From positions 43,547-107,546 of the forward strand of contig JAVBKU010000005.1 of the NCBI GenBank assembly GCA_031553875.1: a DNA stretch of 64,000 bases, given 5' to 3'. The notes under the pieces are model-generated. The model saw only the letters and a list, made by a program, of their open reading frames with translations. It ran no database searches and was not told the origin of the DNA. The translations under genes and the position numbers were made by a program. The stretch is from Rikenellaceae bacterium (lineage in GTDB: Bacteria > Bacteroidota > Bacteroidia > Bacteroidales > Rikenellaceae). Below are positions 37,438 through 46,152 of this stretch, piece after piece. The first letter of the stretch is position 1. Every line of letters begins with the position of its first letter.

Positions 37438-38085
37438 TTAGAACCTCACGCCCATACCGATCTGCAGCACTCGGTTCATGGCTTTGACGTCCCCAGGGCT
37501 ATCCGTTATTATTTTGGTCAGCCCCAGGTTGTAGCGTGCGTTCACCTCGATCATTTTGGTGATCCGGTAGCTCGCGCCCATGCCCAGGCTGAGGTCGAAC
37601 GTGTCGTAGGTGTCGGCAGGGATGTTCCTCGTTTCGTCGATATCGTTGTCAGCTATGGTGCCGTCGATCTTAGCCTTGGCGCTCGTGACGAAGCCGAACT
37701 GGGGCCCCAGCTCGATCGAAAGTTTCTCGATGGGGTAGAATTTCACCAGCAGGGGGATGTTGATGTAGTCGAGCTTGTAAGTGATCTTCGCATCGAAGGC
37801 GCCGCCCAGGCCAGGGCCCACCTTCAGCTTGCCGCCCTGCCTCGAGTATACGGCTTCGAGCTGCAGGCCTATGAGCTTGCCGAAGCGGTACTCGGCGAAG
37901 GCGCCTGCGTAGAAGTTGGGATATAGCGGGGCTTTCACGTCGAACGGAGCTCCTTGGAAATCATCCTTCAAGTTGGTAATGGTGGAGAGGTTGAGCCCCG
38001 CCTTGGCGCCCCAGGAGAATCCTTTCTGTGCGAAAGTGGCGGTGGTGAGCAGCATGGCTGCGATGATCAGGGTAAATTTTTTCAT
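37438..38085 (-). CDS. small outer-membrane beta-barrel protein (OmpW/OmpA-beta-barrel-like)
   Basis: 215 aa with a signal peptide (MKKFTLIIAAMLLTTATFAQ), alternating strand pattern, and the C-terminal ...LQIGMGVRF. Confidence 0.75.
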   Translation of the reverse strand: MKKFTLIIAAMLLTTATFAQKGFSWGAKAGLNLSTITNLKDDFQGAPFDVKAPLYPNFYAGAFAEYRFGKLIGLQLEAVYSRQGGKLKVGPGLGGAFDAKITYKLDYINIPLLVKFYPIEKLSIELGPQFGFVTSAKAKIDGTIADNDIDETRNIPADTYDTFDLSLGMGASYRITKMIEVNARYNLGLTKIITDSPGDVKAMNRVLQIGMGVRF

Positions 38086-38445
38086 AAGGTTTAGATTTAA
38101 GTTTGTGATCGCGGAGCTGCCTCCACGGCGCCTCCGATACGTCTAATTTAGATAAAATTTATTTAACCACAATAGTTTATCGGGATAAATCGACTTTGTG
38201 TCAGACTATTGCCTCCTGGCTAAAACAGGAGGCGGGCCCCATCGGGTACAAAATATCATAGTGTTAATGGATTCCGATAATCGCGGTACAGTTTTGAATC
38301 CGCCGGACTCACGTTTTATAGGTATTTGGCCGGGGTCACTGGGTGAATCCAGCCAAAAACTTATTATATTTGCACTAGGAAATAGGGATGCTCCGGCACA
38401 GTTCAGATAAACACGGCCCTGTTTTATAAGTTTTAACCTCGTCCG

Positions 38446-39777
38446 ATGAGTTCATTCCGCAAATACGCTTATCTTTTCGTTGTGGTCGTTACCGCTGTGG
38501 CCTTCGCCGCGGTTATGCATCACTCCCTCGGTAAGAGCGGCGACTACAGACCCGTTAAGGCCGCGGGAAAAGAGGCGATCGACGAAGAGCCCGTGATGCT
38601 CAACAGCGTCATCTCCAACAACCTCTCCGAACTGCCTGAGACATTCCGCCTCGACCGCGCCGTGGAGTCGTTCATGAGAAAATGGGAGATCGTGGGCGCC
38701 TCGCTGGCCATAATGAAGGACGACAGGCTTATCTACTGTAAAGGTTACGGCTACGCCGACCTCCACGACAGCATCCAAACGCAACCCTCACACCTGTTCC
38801 GCATAGCTTCCGTGTCGAAGCTCATCACCGCCGTGGCCGTGATGAGGCTGGTCGAAGACGGGCGGCTAACGCTGGGCTCCAGAGTTTTCGGCCCGCTGGG
38901 TATTCTCAATCACCCGGATTTTCTCGATATCCACGACCACAGGATGGAGGACATCACCGTCGAGGACCTGCTCCGCCACCGCAGCGGCTTCTCCTCGCGC
39001 TCGGGCGACCCCATGTTCAACTCCGAACTTATAGGCCGCACGGTGGGCCACGCCCCCCCGTTTACGACCGAAGAAGTGGTGCGCTACGCCTCCCAGTGTA
39101 AGCTTCGCACCGTTCCCGGCGATAAGTTCTCATATTCCAACCTGGGTTATGTGGTACTCTCGGCGGTGGTCGCCAGGGCCGCAGGCATGGAGTACGAACA
39201 ATACGTGCAGCAATATGTATTAAACCCGGCAGGATGCCACGATATGCATCTGGCGGGCAACTACCACTGCGATAGATTCCCCAATGAGGTGTGCTACTAC
39301 GAGCCCGACACCCGCGAGCTGGTCGACGACGTGTGCGGCGGGGCGGGGATGGTGCCCAAGTGCTATGGGGGCAACAACGTGAGGCTTCTGGGCGGGGCCG
39401 GCGGGTGGGTCGCCTCCGCGCCCGAGATATTGCGCTTCGTGGCCTCTATCGACGGCGACCCTGCCATTCCCGACATCCTGAGCCGCAGATCCATAAGATA
39501 CATGACCGACTACCACGAAGATATAGCCCCCATAGGCTGGAGCCGGAGCACCGAGTACGGCGACTGGACGCGCACAGGGTCGATGTCGGGCACCAGCGCC
39601 CTGCTCAAGAGGCAGAGCGACGGCTTCACGTGGTTCCTCATAACCAACACCAGCTCATGGCGCGGCTGGAGGCTCACAAGGGTGATGCACAACGCCATAC
39701 GCGACGCATTCGAACACATCGAGGAGTGGCCCGACAGGGATATGTTCTCTCCCTCGGACATCAGGGCTATGAATTAA
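38446..39777 (+). CDS. serine hydrolase of the beta-lactamase/PBP4* (class C-like) family
   Basis: 443 aa with an N-terminal TM or signal segment, the active-site S-x-x-K in FRIASVSKLITAVAVM, and a YSN motif (FSYSNLGY). Confidence 0.85.
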   Translation: MSSFRKYAYLFVVVVTAVAFAAVMHHSLGKSGDYRPVKAAGKEAIDEEPVMLNSVISNNLSELPETFRLDRAVESFMRKWEIVGASLAIMKDDRLIYCKGYGYADLHDSIQTQPSHLFRIASVSKLITAVAVMRLVEDGRLTLGSRVFGPLGILNHPDFLDIHDHRMEDITVEDLLRHRSGFSSRSGDPMFNSELIGRTVGHAPPFTTEEVVRYASQCKLRTVPGDKFSYSNLGYVVLSAVVARAAGMEYEQYVQQYVLNPAGCHDMHLAGNYHCDRFPNEVCYYEPDTRELVDDVCGGAGMVPKCYGGNNVRLLGGAGGWVASAPEILRFVASIDGDPAIPDILSRRSIRYMTDYHEDIAPIGWSRSTEYGDWTRTGSMSGTSALLKRQSDGFTWFLITNTSSWRGWRLTRVMHNAIRDAFEHIEEWPDRDMFSPSDIRAMN

Positions 39778-39792
39778 TTTTAGGGACAGGAC

Positions 39793-42174
39793 TTGGAAGA
39801 GGTAGGGCAGATAAGCAAGCTTTCGCAGCTGGACTCCGGCGAGGATGGCGTCATAGTCAAGGTGATGGGCCACGGCTCGTTCCGCAAGCGCATCACCGAG
39901 ATGGGTTTCGTGCGGGGCAAGAAGGTGCGCGTGGTGAAGCGGGCCCCAATGCTCGACCCCATAGAGTACGAGATCATGGGCACGCATGTGGCCCTGCGCC
40001 GCAGCGAGGCTGACATGATCATGGTGGCCACGGGCGAAGGCGCGGAAAACGGCGCTCCCGGCCCCGATTACGGCGAATTGTCCCTGCCCGACGAGGCAGC
40101 CGCACACCCCCACACCGCGGGCAATATCATCAACATAGCCCTCGTTGGCAACCCCAACTGCGGTAAGACCTCGCTGTTCAACGTGATGTCAGGGGCCAAG
40201 GAACACGTGGGCAACTACAGCGGCGTAACCGTCAGCTCCAAGACGCAGACCATAGTCTACAAGGGTTACACCATCAATATCTCCGATCTCCCCGGCACCT
40301 ACTCGCTCACCGAGTACACTCCCGAGGAGCTCTACGTGCGCAGCCACCTCTCCGACCAGCTTCCCGACGTGGTCATAAACGTGGTGAGCGCCTCGAATCT
40401 TGAGCGCAACCTCTACCTCACCACCCAGCTTATAGACATGAACCTGAGGGTGGTCATAGCCCTCAACATGTACGACGAGTTGAAGGCCTCGCACTCCAAG
40501 CTCGACTACGGGGCGCTGGGACACATGATAGGTATCCCCATGGCACCCACCACCGCCACCCGCGGAAAGGGCATCACGGAGCTGCTGGACAAGGTCATAG
40601 ACGTATTCGAGGAGCGCGATACCGCCGCCCGCCACGTGCATGTGAACTACGGCACCGACACCGAGCGCGCCATACTCATGCTCCAGGACGAGATATGGAA
40701 GAACAAGGACATCACCGCCCGCTTCTCCTCGCGTTACCTGGCCCTCAAACTCCTTGAGAATAACCGCCAGGGATTCGAGATACTACGCGAGGTGCCCAAT
40801 ATCGACACCATCCGCGCCATTACCAGACAGGAGCGCGCCCGCCTCGAGAAACTCATGGGTGAACCTGTGGAAATAGCCATCGCCGACGCCAAGTACGCCT
40901 TTATCGCGGGCGCGCTGAGCGAGACGTACGTCCCCGGCAAGGACTCCAAGCAACTGCGCAGTTCGCGTATCGACGGCATACTCACCAACCGCTACTTGGG
41001 CCTTCCCATCTTCTTCATATTCATGTGGGTGATGTTCCAGACCACATTCTCGCTGGGCCAATACCCCGCCGACTGGATCGGGATGGGCGTGGGGGCGTTG
41101 AGCTCATGGCTCGGGGGGCTGATCTCCGACCCCATGCTGCGCGACCTCATCGTGGGAGGTATCATAAACGGCATGGGAGGGGTGCTGGTCTTTTTGCCCA
41201 ACATCCTGATACTCTTCTTCTTCATATCCATCATGGAGGACTCCGGCTACATGGCCCGCACGGCCTTTATCATGGACAGGGCGATGCACAAGATAGGCCT
41301 CCACGGCAAGTCGTTCATTCCGCTGTTGATGGGATTCGGGTGCAACGTGCCCGCTATCATGGCCACCCGCACGCTCCAGAGCCGTAAGGATCGAGTACTT
41401 ACCATGCTCATCATCCCCTTTATGTCGTGCAGCGCGCGCCTGCCGGTGTTCATCCTGCTGATATCTACCTTCTTTGTGAAGAACCAGGGGCTCGTGCTCC
41501 TGTCGCTCTATTTTATAGGAATCCTGCTGGCCATCCTCTCGGCCCTGCTGCTGAAGAACACCATTTTCCGCAAACAGGAGGCCCCGTTCGTTATGGAGCT
41601 GCCATCCTATCGAGTGCCCACCCTGCGAAGCGTGGCCAGCCATATGTGGAATAAGGGGGCGCAATATCTGCGCAAAATAGGGACGGTAATTCTACTCGCC
41701 TCGATAATAATCTGGGGCCTCGGCTACTTCCCTCTCAGGGACGGCGAGCCGTCGGCCGAGCGCCTCGAGCACTCCTACATAGGCCGGATAGGCCACGCGA
41801 TAGAGCCGATCGTGCGCCCGATGGGATTCGACTGGAGGATCGGCGCGAGCCTCGTATCGGGCCTGGCCGCCAAGGAGATCGTGGTGAGCAGCATGGCCGT
41901 GATAAGCCACAGCGACGACGACGTGGAATCCCTCGGCGAAACCCTCCGCAAGCAGACCTACACCTCAGGCCCACGGCAGGGCGAGAAGGTCTACACGCCA
42001 CTTGTGGCCTATGCGCTGATGGTCTTCATCCTGCTCTACTTCCCGTGTATCGGGGTTATCGCCACCATCCGCAAGGAGGCGGGCGGAGGCTGGGCGGCCT
42101 TCACGGTGTTCTACACCACAGCCGTGGCATGGTTAATGTCGTTTGTGGTCTACCAGATAGGGTCTTTGCTGTAA
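39793..42174 (+). CDS. feoB: ferrous iron transporter, FeoA-FeoB fusion
   Basis: 793 aa beginning at TTG 39793. The start is uncertain, but the FeoA/SH3-like segment (GVIVKVMGHGSFRKRITEMGFVRGKKVRVV) requires an upstream start. It has the G-domain motifs GNPNCGKTSLFN and DLPGTYSL and a polytopic permease region. Confidence 0.9.
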   Translation: MEEVGQISKLSQLDSGEDGVIVKVMGHGSFRKRITEMGFVRGKKVRVVKRAPMLDPIEYEIMGTHVALRRSEADMIMVATGEGAENGAPGPDYGELSLPDEAAAHPHTAGNIINIALVGNPNCGKTSLFNVMSGAKEHVGNYSGVTVSSKTQTIVYKGYTINISDLPGTYSLTEYTPEELYVRSHLSDQLPDVVINVVSASNLERNLYLTTQLIDMNLRVVIALNMYDELKASHSKLDYGALGHMIGIPMAPTTATRGKGITELLDKVIDVFEERDTAARHVHVNYGTDTERAILMLQDEIWKNKDITARFSSRYLALKLLENNRQGFEILREVPNIDTIRAITRQERARLEKLMGEPVEIAIADAKYAFIAGALSETYVPGKDSKQLRSSRIDGILTNRYLGLPIFFIFMWVMFQTTFSLGQYPADWIGMGVGALSSWLGGLISDPMLRDLIVGGIINGMGGVLVFLPNILILFFFISIMEDSGYMARTAFIMDRAMHKIGLHGKSFIPLLMGFGCNVPAIMATRTLQSRKDRVLTMLIIPFMSCSARLPVFILLISTFFVKNQGLVLLSLYFIGILLAILSALLLKNTIFRKQEAPFVMELPSYRVPTLRSVASHMWNKGAQYLRKIGTVILLASIIIWGLGYFPLRDGEPSAERLEHSYIGRIGHAIEPIVRPMGFDWRIGASLVSGLAAKEIVVSSMAVISHSDDDVESLGETLRKQTYTSGPRQGEKVYTPLVAYALMVFILLYFPCIGVIATIRKEAGGGWAAFTVFYTTAVAWLMSFVVYQIGSLL

Positions 42175-42199
42175 CCCTCCGGCATATAACACCCTCGTT

Positions 42200-42403
42200 A
42201 TGACAGGCAATACGATAGCATATATTATCATCGCAGTCGCCGTTGCGGCGGCTGTGGTTATGTTTGTCGTTAAGTTGTGCAGGCTATCAGGTAAGTGTGG
42301 ATGCGGAGGCGACAGGGTCGACGCATGCGAGTGTGACACTTGCGACACCGGCTACTCCTGCGACGGATGCCCGCTGAAAGAGGGGTGTGGTAAGAAGCCT
42401 TAG
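42200..42403 (+). CDS. FeoB-associated Cys-rich membrane protein
   Basis: 67 aa with one TM segment (AYIIIAVAVAAAVVMFVV) and a Cys-rich tail (CGCGGDRVDACECDTCDTGYSCDGCPLKEGCG). It starts 25 nt after feoB. Confidence 0.75.
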   Translation: MTGNTIAYIIIAVAVAAAVVMFVVKLCRLSGKCGCGGDRVDACECDTCDTGYSCDGCPLKEGCGKKP

Positions 42404-42600
42404 AATCTGGGCAAGGTTTAGACGAGAAATGACTGACGTGAGTTTAGCGAAGCTACTCAATTCATCATTACATGTTTATATCCAGACCGTAGCCAGCGAT
42501 GGGATGAAATAGGCCGTCAAGGCACTCTTTCAGCCCTTCGCCGAGGGTGGCTACGGGCTGAGGCTTGCTTAGCAAGCCTAAATCAAAGTCACAAATCCCC

Positions 42601-43467
42601 CTACTTCATCCTCGAAAATCCGGCCATTTCCCCTGCGGTCAAGGCCCTGTCGAACACGGCCAGGCCGCCGATACGGCCGAGAAAGAAGTTCCCCATCCCG
42701 CTCTTGAGAAGTACCGCCCCCACCGTAAAATCCGACCCGTTGTCGCCCATCCCGTCGGGAAAGTAGTACGGGTTCTTACTTTGACGCAGCCCGTCGGGAC
42801 AGCCCTCGAAACCCTTTGTATGGTCGATCAACTCCGCTTCACGGGCCTCGAACACGCCGTCGACGTAGGAGCGGATATACTCCCCGTCATATGTGAATCC
42901 CACGCAGTACCAACGGCCCATTTCGATCTTCTGCGGGCTGGCCGAATAATCTATCGAATAAGGGAACGGAGGCGTGGGACGACCCGTGCGGGATATGTGG
43001 CCGCACACCTGATCGGCGCCGTTATAGTGGGGCAGCGACACGAACAGGCCGTACTGCCGTTTACCGCCGTCCTGATACTCGTTCCACATACCGCCTATAA
43101 AACCGTTCTGGCGCCCCGTCCTGTATACCCAGGCCAGTACCGTCACCCCCGGCGAAGTGATATTCAACGCCCCCACCTCGGAGTTAGGCAGCGAGAGGTA
43201 GCTCTTACCCTCCATCAGCAGCGACCGTCCCGACAGGGGGCCGCCCTCCACACTCTTCACCTCTCCGCCCGTTTCCGCAAGAGGGAACTCGTCCCGCCCC
43301 ACGGCCTTGCGGGCCTGGCCGGCAGGCTCTGCAAAGTCCCACAATGCCACGAGCGAAGGACAATTCTTAATGGCCTTCAACGTCGACGGCTCGACCTTAT
43401 CCGCCGCCCATGCCCTGCCGCACAAAAGAGCGCAAAGCGCCGATATAATAATTTTCATTCTGTTCAT
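42601..43467 (-). CDS. secreted LamG/concanavalin-A-like lectin-fold protein
   Basis: 288 aa with a signal peptide (MNRMKIIISALCALLCGRAWA). The pattern VTVLAWVY...GGMWNEY...YGLFV...WYCVGFTYDG..IRSYVDG is typical of the LamG jelly-roll fold. Confidence 0.7.
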   Translation of the reverse strand: MNRMKIIISALCALLCGRAWAADKVEPSTLKAIKNCPSLVALWDFAEPAGQARKAVGRDEFPLAETGGEVKSVEGGPLSGRSLLMEGKSYLSLPNSEVGALNITSPGVTVLAWVYRTGRQNGFIGGMWNEYQDGGKRQYGLFVSLPHYNGADQVCGHISRTGRPTPPFPYSIDYSASPQKIEMGRWYCVGFTYDGEYIRSYVDGVFEAREAELIDHTKGFEGCPDGLRQSKNPYYFPDGMGDNGSDFTVGAVLLKSGMGNFFLGRIGGLAVFDRALTAGEMAGFSRMK

Positions 43468-43535
43468 ATTCTTGCCCGGTTTTTGTATATTTGGATTCCG
43501 GAAGTAAAATTAATCAATCCTAAACATAAATTGCT

Positions 43536-44681
43536 ATGAACAACTTCGTTTTCCGCAATCCGACCAAACTCATCTTCGGCAAAGGCACAATCGCGTCCCT
43601 GTCGAAGGAGATCCCCCAAGGCAAAAAAATAATGGTGACCTTCGGCGGTGGCAGCGTCAAGAGTAACGGCGTGTACGACCAGGTGAAAACAGCCCTCAAG
43701 GGGTTCGATTACGTCGAATTCTGGGGCATCGAGGCCAATCCCACCGTGGAGACCCTGCGCAAGGCCGTGTCCCAGTGCAAGGCTGAGGGCGTGGACTTTA
43801 TCCTTGCCGTGGGCGGAGGCAGCGTGATCGACGGCTCGAAGCTTATCGCCGCCTCGGTTCGCAGCGAGTCCGACCCGTGGGATATCGTGCTCAAGTCCTC
43901 GCTTATGGGTGCGCCGCTTCCCCTGGCTTCGGTGCTGACCCTGCCGGCCACAGGCTCCGAAATGAACAGCGGCGCGGTGATCTCCAACACGGCCACCAAG
44001 GAGAAGTTCGCCTTCTACTCCGCTCACCCGGTGTTCTCGATCCTCGATCCCGAGACTACTTATACCCTGCCCGATTTCCAGGTGGGCTGCGGCATCGCCG
44101 ACACCTTCGTACACGTCATGGAGCAGTACCTCACCACTCCCGGGCAGTCGCCACTGATGGACCGCTGGGCCGAGGGCATACTCCAGACCCTTATTGAGAT
44201 AGCTCCCAAGGCGTTCAACGAGCCCAAGGATTACGATACCATGGCCAATTTCATGCTCTCTGCCACCATGGCCCTCAACGGCTTTATATCTATGGGCGTT
44301 AGCCAGGACTGGGCCACACACATGATAGGCCACGAGATCACCGCCCTCCACGGCATCACTCACGGCCAGAGCCTCGCCATAGTGCTTCCGGCAACCATGT
44401 CAGTACTCCGCAAAGAGAAAGGTGCCAAGATATTGCAGTATGGCGGGCGCGTATTCGGCATAACATCCGGAAGCGAAGAGGAGCGCATATCCAAGGCCAT
44501 CGCAAGCACCGAAGAGTTCTTCCGCTCCCTGGGCTTAAAAACCCGCCTGCACGAGCTGGGCATAGGGCAGGAGACTATCGACGAAGTGGCTCGCAGGTTC
44601 AATGAGCGCGGCGTACACTTCGGCGAGAACCGCTCCGTGGACGGCGCGACGGCAAAGAAGATACTTGAGACGTGTAAGTAA
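43536..44681 (+). CDS. iron-containing (group III) alcohol dehydrogenase, YqhD/butanol-dehydrogenase-like
   Basis: 381 aa with the motifs FGGGSV, AVGGGSVIDGSK and the metal ligands HxxxH (HMIGHEITALHGITHG). Confidence 0.9.
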   Translation: MNNFVFRNPTKLIFGKGTIASLSKEIPQGKKIMVTFGGGSVKSNGVYDQVKTALKGFDYVEFWGIEANPTVETLRKAVSQCKAEGVDFILAVGGGSVIDGSKLIAASVRSESDPWDIVLKSSLMGAPLPLASVLTLPATGSEMNSGAVISNTATKEKFAFYSAHPVFSILDPETTYTLPDFQVGCGIADTFVHVMEQYLTTPGQSPLMDRWAEGILQTLIEIAPKAFNEPKDYDTMANFMLSATMALNGFISMGVSQDWATHMIGHEITALHGITHGQSLAIVLPATMSVLRKEKGAKILQYGGRVFGITSGSEEERISKAIASTEEFFRSLGLKTRLHELGIGQETIDEVARRFNERGVHFGENRSVDGATAKKILETCK

Positions 44682-44714
44682 CCGCAGGCGATCGCTGACT
44701 GCATGAAGATAACG

Positions 44715-44743
44715 GGCGGCCGGGGCTGTGTGCCCCGGCCGCC
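44715..44743 (+). terminator. GC-rich hairpin terminator of the alcohol dehydrogenase gene
   Basis: GGCGGCCGGGGC-TGTGT-GCCCCGGCCGCC is a 12-bp stem 34 nt after the stop. The U-run is weak (TAATCTTT). Confidence 0.6.
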
Positions 44744-44745
44744 TA

Positions 44746-44940
44746 ATCTTTAAGGTGCCCACCGGGTACCTTTCTTCCGCCGATTGCGAGATATTCACGC
44801 CCGGACAGGGGTCGAGGGAATCCGTTAAAAAACGACGCTGTGTCTAACGACTGTTAGCGGGGGCAAAGCTCCCGCTAAAAAGGAGGAGTTCGACGTTTTA
44901 GGATGTACGAAGACCACTGTCAGTAAATATCCGCAGGCGG
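44746..44940 (+). repeat. intergenic repeat family F2, copy 4 (with 5' hairpin extension AAGGTGCCC-ACC-GGGTACCTT)
   Basis: Aligns with 21455-21645 and with the reverse complement of 12357-12553. Confidence 0.85.
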
Positions 44941-45009
44941 CACTTTTTGGGTACCTTGTGTGTGCACAAAAGGAACAGAAAGAAATAGTATTAATACAAG
45001 ATTACAGTC

Positions 45010-45185
45010 TTCCTACTTTTGCCATTGCCGCAAAAGTAGCAAAAAGTCTAGCCGCGTCTTCTGCCGGGGTCTCTTCCGGGAGCTTCCCTCGTTACACGAT
45101 AACTGAGGGTGATCTCCCTCACGAGACCTATTCCCGGCAGAAGCCCGAAGCGGCATTCGCACGAGGATTACGCCTCGTTAACGTT
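45010..45185 (+). repeat. intergenic repeat family F1, copy D (subfamily B/D)
   Basis: Aligns with the reverse complement of 12108-12290, including the 3' extension hairpin ACGAGG-ATTACG-CCTCGT. The core is identical to copies A and C. Confidence 0.9.
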
Positions 45186-45310
45186 TTCAGCCGCGGAGAT
45201 GAAGACATTTCGCCGCAAACAGCAGTGAATTAACGCTCACAAATATAGAAACACCGAGGGCGGACACCTCACAATGTCGGCCCTCGGTAGTTATGGCAGT
45301 TCGAGACTGG

Positions 45311-45898
45311 TTATTTCTTCTCCGACGCCTTCTTTTTGGGCGTTACCTTAGCTTTGGTAGCCCCCTCTGCGGGCTCGGCCTTTGCCTTGACGGCCTTATC
45401 TTTAGCTGGTGCAGCGGCCTTAGTTGCAGCCTTAGCAGCAGGTTTATCCGCAGCAGCCTTAACCTCAGCGACCGGAGCGGCTTCCGGAGTCTCGACCTCC
45501 TCCTCGGTTTCGATAACGAACTCCGTCATACCCGCCTTCACGAGTATATTATACCACATGATCACCTTCTTGATGTCGGACATGTGCACCCTGTCCCTAT
45601 CGTACTCGGGCACCACGGCACCAAGAAGCTGGCGCAACTGCTTGTCGTCGGACTTATGGCCGATAACCTCCTTGCCGCCGCTATGCTTGTACATGGCGGT
45701 GAACACGTCGGAGAGGGGCATATCCTCGCCCTCGGTAAAGATGGCTATTTCGGCCAGGGCGCTGACCTTGGCGGTAGACGAGGTGCTTGTCCTCTTACCG
45801 TCGGCGAGCGACTCGACGATTATCCCGTTGCGACTCTGGGCGATGAACTTGTAGAGGCCCGGCTGGCCCGATATCGACAATATTTCCCTTAATTCCAT
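45311..45898 (-). CDS. DUF5606-like protein with Lys/Ala/Pro-rich histone-H1-like C-terminal tail
   Basis: 195 aa. The N-terminal globular part is MELREILSISGQPGLYKFIAQSRNGIIVESL.... The C-terminal ~55 aa are AAPVAEVKAAADKPAAKAATKAAAPAKDKAVKAKAEPAEGATKAKVTPKKKASEKK. Confidence 0.7.
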   Translation of the reverse strand: MELREILSISGQPGLYKFIAQSRNGIIVESLADGKRTSTSSTAKVSALAEIAIFTEGEDMPLSDVFTAMYKHSGGKEVIGHKSDDKQLRQLLGAVVPEYDRDRVHMSDIKKVIMWYNILVKAGMTEFVIETEEEVETPEAAPVAEVKAAADKPAAKAATKAAAPAKDKAVKAKAEPAEGATKAKVTPKKKASEKK

Positions 45899-46082
45899 TG
45901 TTTTACTTTTGAGTAGTGAAAGACACGTTAAAATTTAATTCCAACTGTGCAAAGATATTAAAATTCCTCACCATGGCTCACTATCAGGCATGAATATTAG
46001 GAGTTCCGCTAAATTTTTCATAAAATTGCAACCTTGGGAGAAGAGGGTTTTTTCGCCGCGGCCTTTGTCAAAGCCGGACGCA

Positions 46083-46133
46083 ATGACCACCACCCTCCCC
46101 CTGGCTCCACAGCGGAGCCTTGCACACTTTTAA
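46083..46133 (+). promoter_or_regulatory. candidate threonine-operon leader peptide (16 codons, MTTTLPLAPQRSLAHF) with embedded hairpin
   Basis: ATG ACC ACC ACC ... TAA ends 19 nt before the thrA ATG. The hairpin GGCTCC-ACAGC-GGAGCC (46103-46119) lies inside it, and T-rich sequence follows. Confidence 0.35.
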
Positions 46134-46152
46134 TAATTTTAAGCACAAGAAA

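Noticed and set aside
42430-42595. A coding-looking minus-strand stretch (…QPVATLGEGLKECLDGLFHPIAGYGLDINM*) in the feoB/LamG intergenic region, which could be a gene remnant.
   Set aside because: It has only about 44 codons, no ATG start, and no recognisable motif, and it overlaps the AGGCTTGC-TTA-GCAAGCCT terminator hairpin. Chance open frames are common at this GC content. It would need a BLASTX hit to be taken seriously.
44870-44915. A Shine-Dalgarno-like AAGGAGGAG followed by an ATG inside F2 elements, which could be a hidden mini-gene.
   Set aside because: The ATG is about 16 nt from the GGAGG. The downstream frame is not conserved between copies. The segment forms one arm of the element's long hairpin. 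Bacteroidota also make little use of SD-led initiation.
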